Part shown: positions 1 through 9,525 of the stretch, in pieces
How positions within the stretch are numbered: position 1 is the stretch's first letter
Layout: every line of letters begins with the position of its first letter
Assembly: GCA_018715775.1 (NCBI GenBank)
Contig: DVKZ01000002.1
Coordinates: 253-64,252 of the forward strand
Length of the DNA: 64,000 nt
Direction: 5' to 3'
DNA from: Candidatus Fimousia stercorigallinarum
GTDB lineage: Bacteria; Bacillota; Clostridia; Lachnospirales; Lachnospiraceae
The notes under the pieces: generated by a model
What the model saw: only the letters and a program-made list of their open reading frames with translations
Told to the model about the DNA's origin: nothing
The model's database searches: none
Made by a program: the position numbers and the translations under genes

Positions 1-1
1 T

Positions 2-2500
2 ACCACAGAAGCTTGTACTCAGTATTATGAAGATGGAAGACAGATTAATGATGAGATTCAGGCACAGATCAATGAATACATTGTTAAGATGGAAGAAATC
101 ACAGGTAAAAAATTCGGAGATTTGGAAAATCCTCTTTTAGTATCTGTTCGTTCAGGCGCAAGAGCATCTATGCCTGGTATGATGGACACAATTTTGAACT
201 TAGGTTTAAATGAAGAAGTAGTGGAAGTTGTTGCGAAAAAGACAGGCAACGAAAGATGGGCGCGTGATTGCTATAGAAGATTTATTCAGATGTACTCTGA
301 TGTAGTAATGGAAGTTGGCAAAAAGTATTTTGAAGAATTGATCGATGCTATGAAAGCTGAAAAAGGCGTTACAGAAGATGTTGATCTTACAGCAGAAGAT
401 TTAAAAGTACTTGCAGATCAGTTCAAAGCTGAATATAAAAAGAAGATTGGCGAAGACTTCCCAGATGATCCAAAAGAACAGTTGATGGGTGCGATCAAAG
501 CGGTATTCCGTTCCTGGGACAACCCTCGTGCAAATGTTTACCGTCGTGACAACGATATCCCTTATTCTTGGGGTACAGCTGTTAACGTACAGGAAATGGC
601 ATTTGGTAACTGGTCTGATGAATCTGGTACAGGTGTAGCATTTACACGTGACCCTGCAACTGGTGAAAAACATTTGATGGGTGAATTCTTAATGAATGCT
701 CAGGGCGAAGACGTAGTTGCCGGTGTTCGTACACCTCAGCCGATCGCTTCTTTAAAAGAAGTTATGCCGGAAGTATATGATCAGTTCACAAAAGTTTGCA
801 GCACTCTGGAAAATCACTACAGAGATATGCAGGATATGGAATTTACGATTCAGGATAGAAAGTTATTTATGCTTCAGACTCGTAATGGTAAGAGAACTGC
901 TCAGGCAGCTCTGAAGATTGCCTGCGACCTTGTTGATGAAGGTATGAGAACAGAAGAAGAAGCAGTAGCTATGGTAGATCCACGTAACTTGGATACTTTA
1001 CTCCATCCACAGTTTGATGCGGCTGCATTAAAGAAAGCAACACCAATCGGAAAAGGACTCGGTGCTTCCCCTGGAGCTGCATGTGGTAAAGTTGTATTTA
1101 CTGCCGAAGATGCTGTTATGTGGTCTGTTCGTGGCGAAAAAGTAATCCTTGTCCGTCTTGAAACATCTCCTGAAGACATTACAGGTATGAAGAGTGCACA
1201 GGGTATCTTAACTGTTCGCGGCGGTATGACATCTCACGCGGCCGTTGTTGCACGTGGTATGGGTGAATGCTGTGTATCCGGATGCGGCGACATCGTTATG
1301 GATGAAGAAAATAAGAAATTTACACTTGGTGGTAAAGAATATCACGAAGGTGATTTTATTTCCTTAGATGGTTCTACAGGTAATATTTATGATGGAATCA
1401 TTCCTACTGTTGATGCTACCATTACCGGCGAATTCGGCAGAATCATGGCATGGGCAGATAAATACAGAAAATTGAAAGTTCGTACAAATGCAGATACACC
1501 TGCAGATGCAAGAAAAGCACGCGAACTTGGTGCAGAAGGTATTGGACTTTGTCGTACAGAGCATATGTTCTTTGATGAAGAAAGAATTGCAGCTTTCCGC
1601 GAAATGATCTGCTCTGATACACCGGATGCAAGAGAAAGAGCATTAGAAAAGATCCTTCCATATCAGCAGAGCGATTTCGAAGCTTTATATGAAGCATTAG
1701 AAGGTAACCCAGTAACGATTCGTTTCCTGGATCCACCTCTTCATGAATTCGTTCCTACGGAGGAAGAAGATATTGTAAAACTTGCAGAAGCACAGAACAA
1801 AGATGTAGAAGTTGTTAAAGCAATCATCGATGGACTGCATGAATTCAACCCTATGATGGGTCATCGTGGATGCCGTCTTGCCGTTACTTATCCGGAAATT
1901 GCAAGAATGCAGACAAAAGCAGTTATCCGTGCAGCAATTAATGTGAAGAAAGCTCATCCAGCATGGGAGATCAAACCGGAAATCATGATTCCGTTAGTTG
2001 GAGATGCAAAAGAATTAAAATTCGTTAAGAAGATCGTTACAGAAACAGCAGATGCAGAAATCGAAGCTGTTGGAATCGATTTAGAATACGAAGTTGGTAC
2101 GATGATCGAAATTCCGAGAGCTTGTGTAACAGCAGACGAAATTGCTGCAGAAGCTGACTTCTTCTGCTTCGGTACCAATGACCTGACTCAGATGACATTT
2201 GGATTCTCTCGTGATGATGCTGGCAAGTTCTTAGATTCTTACTATTTTGCTAAGATTTATGAAAACGATCCATTCGCAAAATTGGATCAGAACGGTGTTG
2301 GTAAGTTAATGGAAATGGCAATCAAGCTTGGAAAACCGGTGAATCCAAATCTCCATATTGGTATTTGTGGTGAACATGGTGGAGATCCTGCTTCGGTTGA
2401 ATTCTGCCATAAGATTGGATTAGACTATGTATCCTGTTCTCCATTCCGTGTACCAATCGCTCGTTTAGCAGCTGCACAGGCAGCAATTGCTGATAAATAA
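2..2500 (+). CDS. ppdK: Pyruvate phosphate dikinase (5' end outside window)
   Basis: The frame is open from base 2 (TTEACTQYY...). Motifs: LLVSVRSGARASMPGMMDT, GGMTSHAAVVAR (phospho-His), GIGLCRTEHMF, GTNDLTQ, GICGEHGG. Confidence 0.97.
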   Translation, partial: TTEACTQYYEDGRQINDEIQAQINEYIVKMEEITGKKFGDLENPLLVSVRSGARASMPGMMDTILNLGLNEEVVEVVAKKTGNERWARDCYRRFIQMYSDVVMEVGKKYFEELIDAMKAEKGVTEDVDLTAEDLKVLADQFKAEYKKKIGEDFPDDPKEQLMGAIKAVFRSWDNPRANVYRRDNDIPYSWGTAVNVQEMAFGNWSDESGTGVAFTRDPATGEKHLMGEFLMNAQGEDVVAGVRTPQPIASLKEVMPEVYDQFTKVCSTLENHYRDMQDMEFTIQDRKLFMLQTRNGKRTAQAALKIACDLVDEGMRTEEEAVAMVDPRNLDTLLHPQFDAAALKKATPIGKGLGASPGAACGKVVFTAEDAVMWSVRGEKVILVRLETSPEDITGMKSAQGILTVRGGMTSHAAVVARGMGECCVSGCGDIVMDEENKKFTLGGKEYHEGDFISLDGSTGNIYDGIIPTVDATITGEFGRIMAWADKYRKLKVRTNADTPADARKARELGAEGIGLCRTEHMFFDEERIAAFREMICSDTPDARERALEKILPYQQSDFEALYEALEGNPVTIRFLDPPLHEFVPTEEEDIVKLAEAQNKDVEVVKAIIDGLHEFNPMMGHRGCRLAVTYPEIARMQTKAVIRAAINVKKAHPAWEIKPEIMIPLVGDAKELKFVKKIVTETADAEIEAVGIDLEYEVGTMIEIPRACVTADEIAAEADFFCFGTNDLTQMTFGFSRDDAGKFLDSYYFAKIYENDPFAKLDQNGVGKLMEMAIKLGKPVNPNLHIGICGEHGGDPASVEFCHKIGLDYVSCSPFRVPIARLAAAQAAIADK

Positions 2501-2536
2501 TTATCACAACATATTTGCACATAATTTAAAATAAGA

Positions 2537-2594
2537 CGAGGGCGTTGTAAAATCATCGAATAAAATGATGATGGAGCGATGCCCTCGCTTTCTT
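2537..2594 (+). terminator. Hairpin/terminator after ppdK (copy 1 of a repeated motif)
   Basis: GAGGGCGTTG...CGATGCCCTC stem followed by CTTTCTT. Confidence 0.6.
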
Positions 2595-2729
2595 ATGCCT
2601 GAAAACTCCTTTGGAGTTGCTCCTGCAGCTATTTTATGTTATATTGGATAATGTTAATCAAATTGGCATAAACGGAATATGATGAAAATGAGTTTTGAAT
2701 GTATATAGTAAGAAAGGAATGAAAACAAA

Positions 2730-3575
2730 ATGAGTAAAAAAACGAATCATATTATGAATCCGCTGCAGGTTTTGTTTCGAATCGTGCAGGGAGCACTCAT
2801 CGGACTGGGAGCAGTTCTGCCGGGAATATCCGGAGGAGTATTGGCGGTTATTTTTGGTATTTACAGACCGATCATGGAATTACTTTCCAATCCGTTTAAA
2901 AATTTTAAAACGCATGTACCGAAGCTGATCCCGGTAATTATTGGAGGGATCATTGGCTTTTTAGGGGTTGCGAACATCCTTGCGTTCTTTTTGAATCAAT
3001 ATCCGGATCCTTCCGTTTGTCTTTTCATCGGATTGATCGGGGGAATGCTTCCTTCATTATTCCGAGAAGCAGGTGAACAGGGCAGAACAAAAGGTTCCTG
3101 GATTTCCCTGATCGTATGTATGTGCTTTATTTTTGCACTTTTGATCATCATTCGTGTAGCGTCTGTAGAAGTTGTACCAAACTTCCTTTGGTATTTATTC
3201 TGCGGATTCTGTCTGGCGCTTAGTGTGATCGCACCGGGCATGAGCTTTTCAACGCTGCTTATGCCTCTGGGGCTGTACACCCCGTTTGTGGATGGAATCG
3301 GACATTTTGATGTTAGTGTTCTAATTCCGGGAGGCATCGGGGCACTGGTAACGGTTATTTTGCTGGCAAAAGCAGTAAATGCATTGTTTGATCATTTTTA
3401 TTCCATTGCTTTCCACGGTATCGTCGGCATTGTGATCGCAGCAACGGTCATGATCATTCCGGTTAACAGCTTTTTATCTGTCGATACTGCGATCGTCAAT
3501 CTGATCTGTCTTGTCGTTGGTGTGATTTGTGCATTGTTGTTGGATAAATTTAACAGCAGAGTAAAAGTTGAGTAA
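2730..3575 (+). CDS. DUF368 family membrane protein (undecaprenyl-phosphate translocase family)
   Basis: Repeated PGISGG / PGMSFS motifs and many hydrophobic segments; GAAAGG RBS. Confidence 0.85.
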   Translation: MSKKTNHIMNPLQVLFRIVQGALIGLGAVLPGISGGVLAVIFGIYRPIMELLSNPFKNFKTHVPKLIPVIIGGIIGFLGVANILAFFLNQYPDPSVCLFIGLIGGMLPSLFREAGEQGRTKGSWISLIVCMCFIFALLIIIRVASVEVVPNFLWYLFCGFCLALSVIAPGMSFSTLLMPLGLYTPFVDGIGHFDVSVLIPGGIGALVTVILLAKAVNALFDHFYSIAFHGIVGIVIAATVMIIPVNSFLSVDTAIVNLICLVVGVICALLLDKFNSRVKVE

Positions 3576-3644
3576 GGTTTTTTGACAAACGCAATAGAAT
3601 TGAGTATAATATTCTAAAAACGAAGGATACATAGCGGGGTAGTT

Positions 3645-5027
3645 ATGAACGAGAAAGAAAGACAATGGGACAGTTTCTTATGGCTGTTTATGAAGACTGT
3701 TCTGTATCTCTCCTTGATGGGAACGTTTGTCATTTGTATGGGAAAAGAAAGTCATTCCCTCACAACGCTTTCCCGAACAATGGGAATTATCGTGATCACG
3801 TTTCTTGTAGTGGAGATGCTGTTTCTGTCTATTTATGGAAAATACGATATCGGGCGGAGAAAAAGTAAGCCGATCATTACATCACTTGCTTTGGCGACAT
3901 TTTTTACGGATGCGGTAACATACCTGGAATTAATGGTCATGCGGACGAATCAGCCGAGTATTTATGCGTTTCGGCTTCGAAGCATCGGTTGGCTGCTGCT
4001 TGCATTTACGATGCAGGTGCTGTTGATCGCGATCTTTACGTATCTTGGGAATGAACTGTTTTTTGTGATCAATAAACCGGAGAAGACCTGTATCGTCACT
4101 TCAAGCCAGAAAAATCTGGATGCTGTAATGCGGGTGATTTCTAAATATAAAAAGCAATATAAGCCGGAGGCAGTATTTGATTATCATGAAGAGAACATTC
4201 TGGATCTGATCAAAGATTATCAGACTGTTTTTGTCTATGAAGTACCGGTGAAGAGACGGACAAAGATCATTCAGTACTGTTATAATGAAAAAAAAGAAAT
4301 ATACTATAATCCGGAATTACATGATATTGTAGAAGTGAATGCAGAATACTATCTGTTGGATGATGTGTCAATGTTAAATGCACGAGTAAAAGGACTGACT
4401 CTGGAGCAGCGATTTATGAAAAGACTTCTTGATCTCGTGATCGCAGTTCCTGCAGGTTTACTTTCATTGCCGTTTGGTATCGGAGCAGCAATCGCAATTA
4501 AGTGTCACGACGGCGGCCCGGTGTTCTTTAAACAAAAGCGTGCGACATTAAATGGAAAAGTATTCGAAGTTTATAAATTTCGGACAATGAAGCAGAATGT
4601 AGAGAATAAATCCGTTCAAAAAGGAGACGACCGGATTACGAAACCGGGTAGATTTCTTCGAAAGACGAGAATCGATGAGATTCCGCAGCTGATCAATATT
4701 ATAAAAGGAGATATGTCTTTTGTCGGCCCAAGACCGGAGATGCTTGAAAATGTAGAGGCATATACAAAAAAATTGCCGGAATTTCGCTATCGTCTTCGTG
4801 TTAAAGCCGGTTTAACCGGTTATGCGCAGGTTTCCGGCAAATATAATACAACGCCGAAAGATAAGCTTGTGATGGATATCATGTATATTGAAAATTATAG
4901 TATTTTAAAGGATATCCAGTTGATCTTTCAGACGGTTGGAGTTATTTTGAAACCCGATAGCACGGAAGCGTTTAACAGTGAGGAAAATCCACATCGTCTG
5001 ATTTTTCGTCCTGCTAAAAAGATTTAA
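3645..5027 (+). CDS. Polyprenyl glycosylphosphotransferase (priming sugar transferase)
   Basis: N-terminal TM helices; KRLLDL, YKFRTM, RIDEIPQL and GDMSFVGPRPE motifs. Confidence 0.92.
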   Translation: MNEKERQWDSFLWLFMKTVLYLSLMGTFVICMGKESHSLTTLSRTMGIIVITFLVVEMLFLSIYGKYDIGRRKSKPIITSLALATFFTDAVTYLELMVMRTNQPSIYAFRLRSIGWLLLAFTMQVLLIAIFTYLGNELFFVINKPEKTCIVTSSQKNLDAVMRVISKYKKQYKPEAVFDYHEENILDLIKDYQTVFVYEVPVKRRTKIIQYCYNEKKEIYYNPELHDIVEVNAEYYLLDDVSMLNARVKGLTLEQRFMKRLLDLVIAVPAGLLSLPFGIGAAIAIKCHDGGPVFFKQKRATLNGKVFEVYKFRTMKQNVENKSVQKGDDRITKPGRFLRKTRIDEIPQLINIIKGDMSFVGPRPEMLENVEAYTKKLPEFRYRLRVKAGLTGYAQVSGKYNTTPKDKLVMDIMYIENYSILKDIQLIFQTVGVILKPDSTEAFNSEENPHRLIFRPAKKI

Positions 5028-5091
5028 GGTGAATGCTTTACAAATTTCCGGAAATGGGATATGATGATAAATAGGTAAATAAATACAAGAT

Positions 5092-5211
5092 TTCTTCAGG
5101 GCAGGGTGCAATTCCCTACCGGCGGTATTCTGAATTTCAGTAAGCCCGCGAGCCGTAAGGCATGATTCGGTGTGATTCCGAAGCCGACAGTATAGTCTGG
5201 ATGAGAGAAGA
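5092..5211 (+). ncRNA. FMN riboswitch (RFN element)
   Basis: TTCAGGGCAGGGTGCAATTCCCTACCGGCGGT...AAGCCCGCGAG...GATTCGGTG...ATTCCGAAGCCGACAGTATAGTCTGGATGAGAGAAG follows the RFN consensus block by block. Confidence 0.95.
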
Positions 5212-5247
5212 GAGTATGATTTGTTTCATATTGTTTTATACAGGTTA

Positions 5248-5278
5248 AGCTCTGAATTTTTATATTCAGAGCTTTTTC
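5248..5278 (+). terminator. Intrinsic terminator, expression platform of the FMN riboswitch
   Basis: AAGCTCTGAAT-loop-ATTCAGAGCTT followed by a T run, between the aptamer and the kinase RBS. Confidence 0.85.
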
Positions 5279-5359
5279 TATGGGGAATTTTTGTCGAGAA
5301 AAATTTCCTTGACGCAATCTTCTCAGAAAAGGTGCAATGAAGATCGGAAAGGAGCAATT

Positions 5360-6913
5360 ATGGAACAATATTATTTAGGTTTTGATGCAGGAACGCAGAG
5401 TGTAAAAGTAGTTGTCTGTAATGAAAAGATGGAATGTGTTGCTTCTGCGAGCAAGATGACAACATTGTATTATCCAAATCCCGGCTGGGTTGAAATGGAT
5501 CTTGATGAGTATCTTTGTCTGACGAAACAATGTATTCGTGAATGTACTGATCAGATGCGAGAAAAGGGGTTGGATGTCAGAGCGATCCGCTCGATCATGG
5601 GTGATGGTATTATTTGCGGGATTGCCGGCGTAGATGCAGATGGAAATGCGATCACGCCGTATATCAATTATTTGGATTCCAGAACGGAAGAAGATGTACG
5701 GTACATCAATCAGATGGATTTGGATCTGTGGGGACGGGAAACCGGCAATGCTGAAGCGAGCTGCATGTTTCCGGCGATGTTTGCGCGGTGGATTTTAAAA
5801 AATAATTCGGCTTTTCAGGAAAAAGGAGTAAAATTTATTCACAATGCTCCGTATATTCTTGCACATCTTGCGGGATTGGCGGCAGATGAAATGTTCATAG
5901 ACTGGGGCGCCATGTCTGGATGGGGACTGGGATATCTCGTATATGAAAAGCAGTGGTCGGAAGAACAGCTCAATATTCTTGGAATTGATCGTTCTTATAT
6001 GCCGAAGATCGTTAAGCCGTGGGATATGATCGGCCAGCTGACAGAAGAATCAGCAAAGGAAACCGGTCTTCCGGCAGGAATTCCCATCTGCGCAGGAGCA
6101 GGTGATACGATGCAGTCCATGATCGGAAGCGGGATCTTGGAGGCAGGCCATGCGGTAGATGTGGCTGGTACCTGTGCGATGTTTTGTGTTTCTACAAAAG
6201 GGATTGTACCGGAATTGACCAGAAAAGGAAGCGGATTGATCTTTAACAGTGGTACGCTGCCGGACAGCTATTTTTATTGGGGATATATCCGTACCGGAGG
6301 ACTTGCGCTTCGATGGTTTAAAGATCAGATCTGCAAGAAGGAAAGCGAGGAAAGTTATTATCAAGTACTCAGCGGCGATGCCGGGAACATTCCCGTTGGA
6401 AGCAACGGGGTTGTGTTTCTTCCTTATTTGACAGGAGGTACGGGTGAACTTGCCAATGCAGGGGGCTGTTTTTTGAATCTGACGCTGGATACGGATCAGG
6501 CAGTTTTATGGCGCGCAGTATTAGAAGCGATCGGATACGATTATATGGAGATTACTGATGTTTATCGAAGCGCAGGCGTCGAGATGAACCGTATTGCTGT
6601 TACTGAAGGCGGAAGTAAAAATGAACTCTGGAATCAGATGAAGGCGGATATGTTGGATGCAGATGTTGTGACGCTGGAAAATGCCGGCGGAGCAGTTGTG
6701 ATGAATTGTCTGTTTGGTGCGCTTGCTGCTGGAGATATTGATAATATTTATTATAAATTAGAACAATATTTAAAAATAAAGAAAATCTATCAATCAGATC
6801 AAAAAAATACAAAAAAATATCGAAAACTTTATAAAATTCAAAGAGAACTGGTCAAAGAACATATGAATGGTGTGTTTGCTTCTTTTGCAAAGTTAAGAAA
6901 AGAAATCGAATAA
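5360..6913 (+). CDS. FGGY-family carbohydrate kinase (xylulokinase-like, substrate unknown)
   Basis: GFDAGTQSVK phosphate-1 motif, INYLDSR, GAGDT, FLPYLTG, GGSKNELW; AAAGGAG RBS before ATG 5360. Confidence 0.9.
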   Translation: MEQYYLGFDAGTQSVKVVVCNEKMECVASASKMTTLYYPNPGWVEMDLDEYLCLTKQCIRECTDQMREKGLDVRAIRSIMGDGIICGIAGVDADGNAITPYINYLDSRTEEDVRYINQMDLDLWGRETGNAEASCMFPAMFARWILKNNSAFQEKGVKFIHNAPYILAHLAGLAADEMFIDWGAMSGWGLGYLVYEKQWSEEQLNILGIDRSYMPKIVKPWDMIGQLTEESAKETGLPAGIPICAGAGDTMQSMIGSGILEAGHAVDVAGTCAMFCVSTKGIVPELTRKGSGLIFNSGTLPDSYFYWGYIRTGGLALRWFKDQICKKESEESYYQVLSGDAGNIPVGSNGVVFLPYLTGGTGELANAGGCFLNLTLDTDQAVLWRAVLEAIGYDYMEITDVYRSAGVEMNRIAVTEGGSKNELWNQMKADMLDADVVTLENAGGAVVMNCLFGALAAGDIDNIYYKLEQYLKIKKIYQSDQKNTKKYRKLYKIQRELVKEHMNGVFASFAKLRKEIE

Positions 6914-6967
6914 AACGAAAATAACTGCAGATACTATGGGAGCAGAAAAGAAAAAGGAGGAACTGAT

Positions 6968-7282
6968 ATGCCATTATTAACATGTTCTGCTCAGAGTTGT
7001 ATTTATAATAAAGGAATGAATTGCAGCCGCGGAGATATTAACGTGGAAGGTGAAAACGCACGCTGTGTAGAAGAAACATGCTGCAACAGTTTTGAAGAAA
7101 GAACGAAATACGGTGCCGAAAATTCGATGGGACACGCTTCTGCAGTGATTGATATTGACTGCAAGGCGACCAGCTGTATGTACAATGAACGTTGCAAATG
7201 TACAGCCGGAAAAGTAGGAATTTCAGGTGCCAGCGCCTGTGAAGCGCAAGAAACCGAATGTTCAAGTTATCGTAAACGATAG
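6968..7282 (+). CDS. DUF1540-like Cys-rich protein (two CxxxxCxYN...C repeats)
   Basis: CSAQSCIYN / CKATSCMYN repeats; AAGGAGG RBS. Confidence 0.8.
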   Translation: MPLLTCSAQSCIYNKGMNCSRGDINVEGENARCVEETCCNSFEERTKYGAENSMGHASAVIDIDCKATSCMYNERCKCTAGKVGISGASACEAQETECSSYRKR

Positions 7283-7317
7283 AAATAAGGGGCTATCGGG
7301 AAATAGATAGTCTTAAT

Positions 7318-7357
7318 CAGGGGCAGGTGTGACTCATGCGAGTCACACCTGCCCCTG
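7318..7357. repeat. Perfect 18-bp inverted repeat in the IS left end
   Basis: CAGGGGCAGGTGTGACTC-ATGC-GAGTCACACCTGCCCCTG. Confidence 0.9.
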
Positions 7358-7432
7358 AAATTTATCCTTTAAAAAGAGAAAAAGATGGCTAACGACAACC
7401 ATCTTTTCTCCGTTCCATGGTATAATGGAACT

Positions 7433-8256
7433 ATGCTAAAACAAGATTATTATAACGACTTTTTTGATTTTGGGCAACAAAAAATTAACTTCAGTTTCTT
7501 CGAATTGAGTTTACCCGATGACGATCCAGTCTATACCCTGAAAAACGTGATGGAGGAATTAGATTTTTCAGGCCTGCTGGCCTGTTATTCAGATAAGGGA
7601 AGAACCGGGTTTAACCCAATCATGCTGTATGCTGTTGTTACCTATGCAAACATGCGCGGGGTCAGGGCTGTTGACCGTATTGTGGACTTATGCCAGAGAG
7701 ACCTTGCCTTTATCTGGCTGACCAAAGGGCAGAAGCCCCAGCGGGATGTTTTTTACGATTTTAAAGGGAAGAAGCTGACGGGAGAAGTTCTGGATGAATT
7801 GAATTACCAGTTCATGCGCCGTCTGGAAAAGGAAGGCCTTATTACGCTGAAAGAGCTTTACATTGATGGGACGTGGAAGTATACGGCTGTGCGGACTGCA
7901 GCGGCTGTGCGCATAAATCCAAATGTCTTTACAGATACAATGCGGAAAAGAATCCAGACCGCAATAAAGTCATGAAGATCAACGAACGGTGGGAAGCGCT
8001 GCGGGAGGAATCCAATGCGAATATCCAGAGTGAAGAAGGGATCCTGAAACGCCAGACACGGTCAATCCAGACAGAAGGGCACTTTGGAGATATCAAAGAG
8101 AACGAAAACTTCCGGCGTTTTAATTACCGTTCAGCGGAAAAAGTGTATAAAGAGTTCATGCTGTATGCAATAGGCCGGAACATCCTAAAATACCACCGGT
8201 TTCTGCATCATGAAATTGAGAAATACGAAGGAAAAAAGGAGCAGAAAACAGCTTAG
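7433..8256 (+). pseudogene. IS1182-family transposase pseudogene
   Basis: The N-terminal domain (LPDDDPVY, GRTGFNPIML) ends at YIDGT. It is joined out of frame at about 7872 to the C-terminus (CxxCxxCxxxxxC, RSIQTEGHFGDIK, FRRFNYR). The centre is missing. Confidence 0.85.
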
Positions 8257-8436
8257 CCGAAGGAGTGCTCCCAAAAATCCAAACAAGGGGCTTTTGCGCC
8301 CTAAAATACGAGGAATAAAAAGAAAGAGACAGTCCAGAAGAGAATTCGGTTCTTAAAAAGTCCGAATTCTCTGGGATTGTCTCTTCCTTGCATTTCAGGG
8401 GCTAAAATTCGGTATTAACCGATAGCCCCTTTGGTT

Positions 8437-9318
8437 TTACAACAAGCTGTGTTCGATCACATAATTTTTAAAAGTCTGGGCCGCCGGTGAAATATATTTC
8501 CCTTTTAGAAATGCCAGATAGAAAATTCTTTGCCAATTTGGACTGGTAATCTCCACTTTTTTTACATCAATCGTATCCAGGATCGGCATATCCGGAACGA
8601 CAGCAATTCCAAATCCTTTCGAAACAAAACCTGCGACCACCTGATCTTCTTTGATCTCATAGATGACTTCCGGATAACCTCCGGCGGCATCAAACAATTC
8701 GTCGATCACGGAACGGAGACCGCTTCGTTTTGAGAAAATGATCTGCGGATATTCCAGGGTTTCTGACAATGTGATCGTCTTTCGGATGGCAAGCGGATGA
8801 TCGCTCGGAACTGCAAGAACAAGGCGCTGCTGGGCGATCGGAATAAAATCTATACCCGGTTCTTTTGGCAGCTTAGAACAAATGACCATATCGTATTTTT
8901 TATTTTTTAAACCGCTCAATAAGTCTTCGGTAACCCCTGTGTTTAAGTTAAATTCGATATTCCTGTCACTGTATTCTTTCTTGTAGCCTTTGATCAATTC
9001 AGGGACCAGATCTGTTCCAAGAGTTCTCAAAAAACCAAGATCGATGATGCCCTCTCCGGCTCCGGCAGATTTTAATGTTTTAATGCCGGAATCCAGAATT
9101 TCCATGGATTTTTCCACATCTTCCAAAAACATTCGGCCGTATTTTGTCAGTACAATATTTCGTCCTTCTTTTTCGAACAAATTCACGCCCAATTCTTGTT
9201 CGAGAGAAGCGATCGCATGGCTTAAACTGGGCTGCGTAATTGAAAGTTCTGCCGCCGCTTTCGTATAATGTTCCCAGTGTGCCAGAGTGACAAAATACCG
9301 TAAGTGGTATAGGTTCAT
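8437..9318 (-). CDS. LysR-family regulator (QuiR-like by context)
   Basis: LRYFVTLA...TKAAAELSITQPSLSHAIASLEQELGVNLFEK HTH; divergent from a catabolic operon. Confidence 0.93.
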   Translation of the reverse strand: MNLYHLRYFVTLAHWEHYTKAAAELSITQPSLSHAIASLEQELGVNLFEKEGRNIVLTKYGRMFLEDVEKSMEILDSGIKTLKSAGAGEGIIDLGFLRTLGTDLVPELIKGYKKEYSDRNIEFNLNTGVTEDLLSGLKNKKYDMVICSKLPKEPGIDFIPIAQQRLVLAVPSDHPLAIRKTITLSETLEYPQIIFSKRSGLRSVIDELFDAAGGYPEVIYEIKEDQVVAGFVSKGFGIAVVPDMPILDTIDVKKVEITSPNWQRIFYLAFLKGKYISPAAQTFKNYVIEHSLL

Positions 9319-9525
9319 TTTTCTCCTCCTCGTGTGTATGTTTGTTTATTACTGTGTGAGTAACATAGTCACATTATAACATAATATATTCACAAAATCT
9401 ATTAATAGCTTCGATATTATCAATTTGTTATTGTGAAAAAATTGTCTTATAATGAATTTGTAAGTAAAAGATGACCGGAAAGTGACACACAACACTTAAT
9501 GGTAGAATGAAAGGAGTTATTTATT

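Larger units (their letters stand above)
7300..8418 (+). mobile_element. IS1182-family element, internally deleted
   Basis: Transposase N- and C-terminal fragments, subterminal palindromes, and a flanking inverted repeat at 7287-7299/8419-8431. Exact ends are uncertain. Confidence 0.8.

Noticed and set aside
5096..5368. 90-aa ORF on the - strand
   Set aside because: Antisense to the FMN riboswitch, with no protein features.
7860..7975. Programmed frameshift joining the two transposase ORFs
   Set aside because: No slippery site at the junction, and the joined product would lack the transposase centre; a deletion explains it better.
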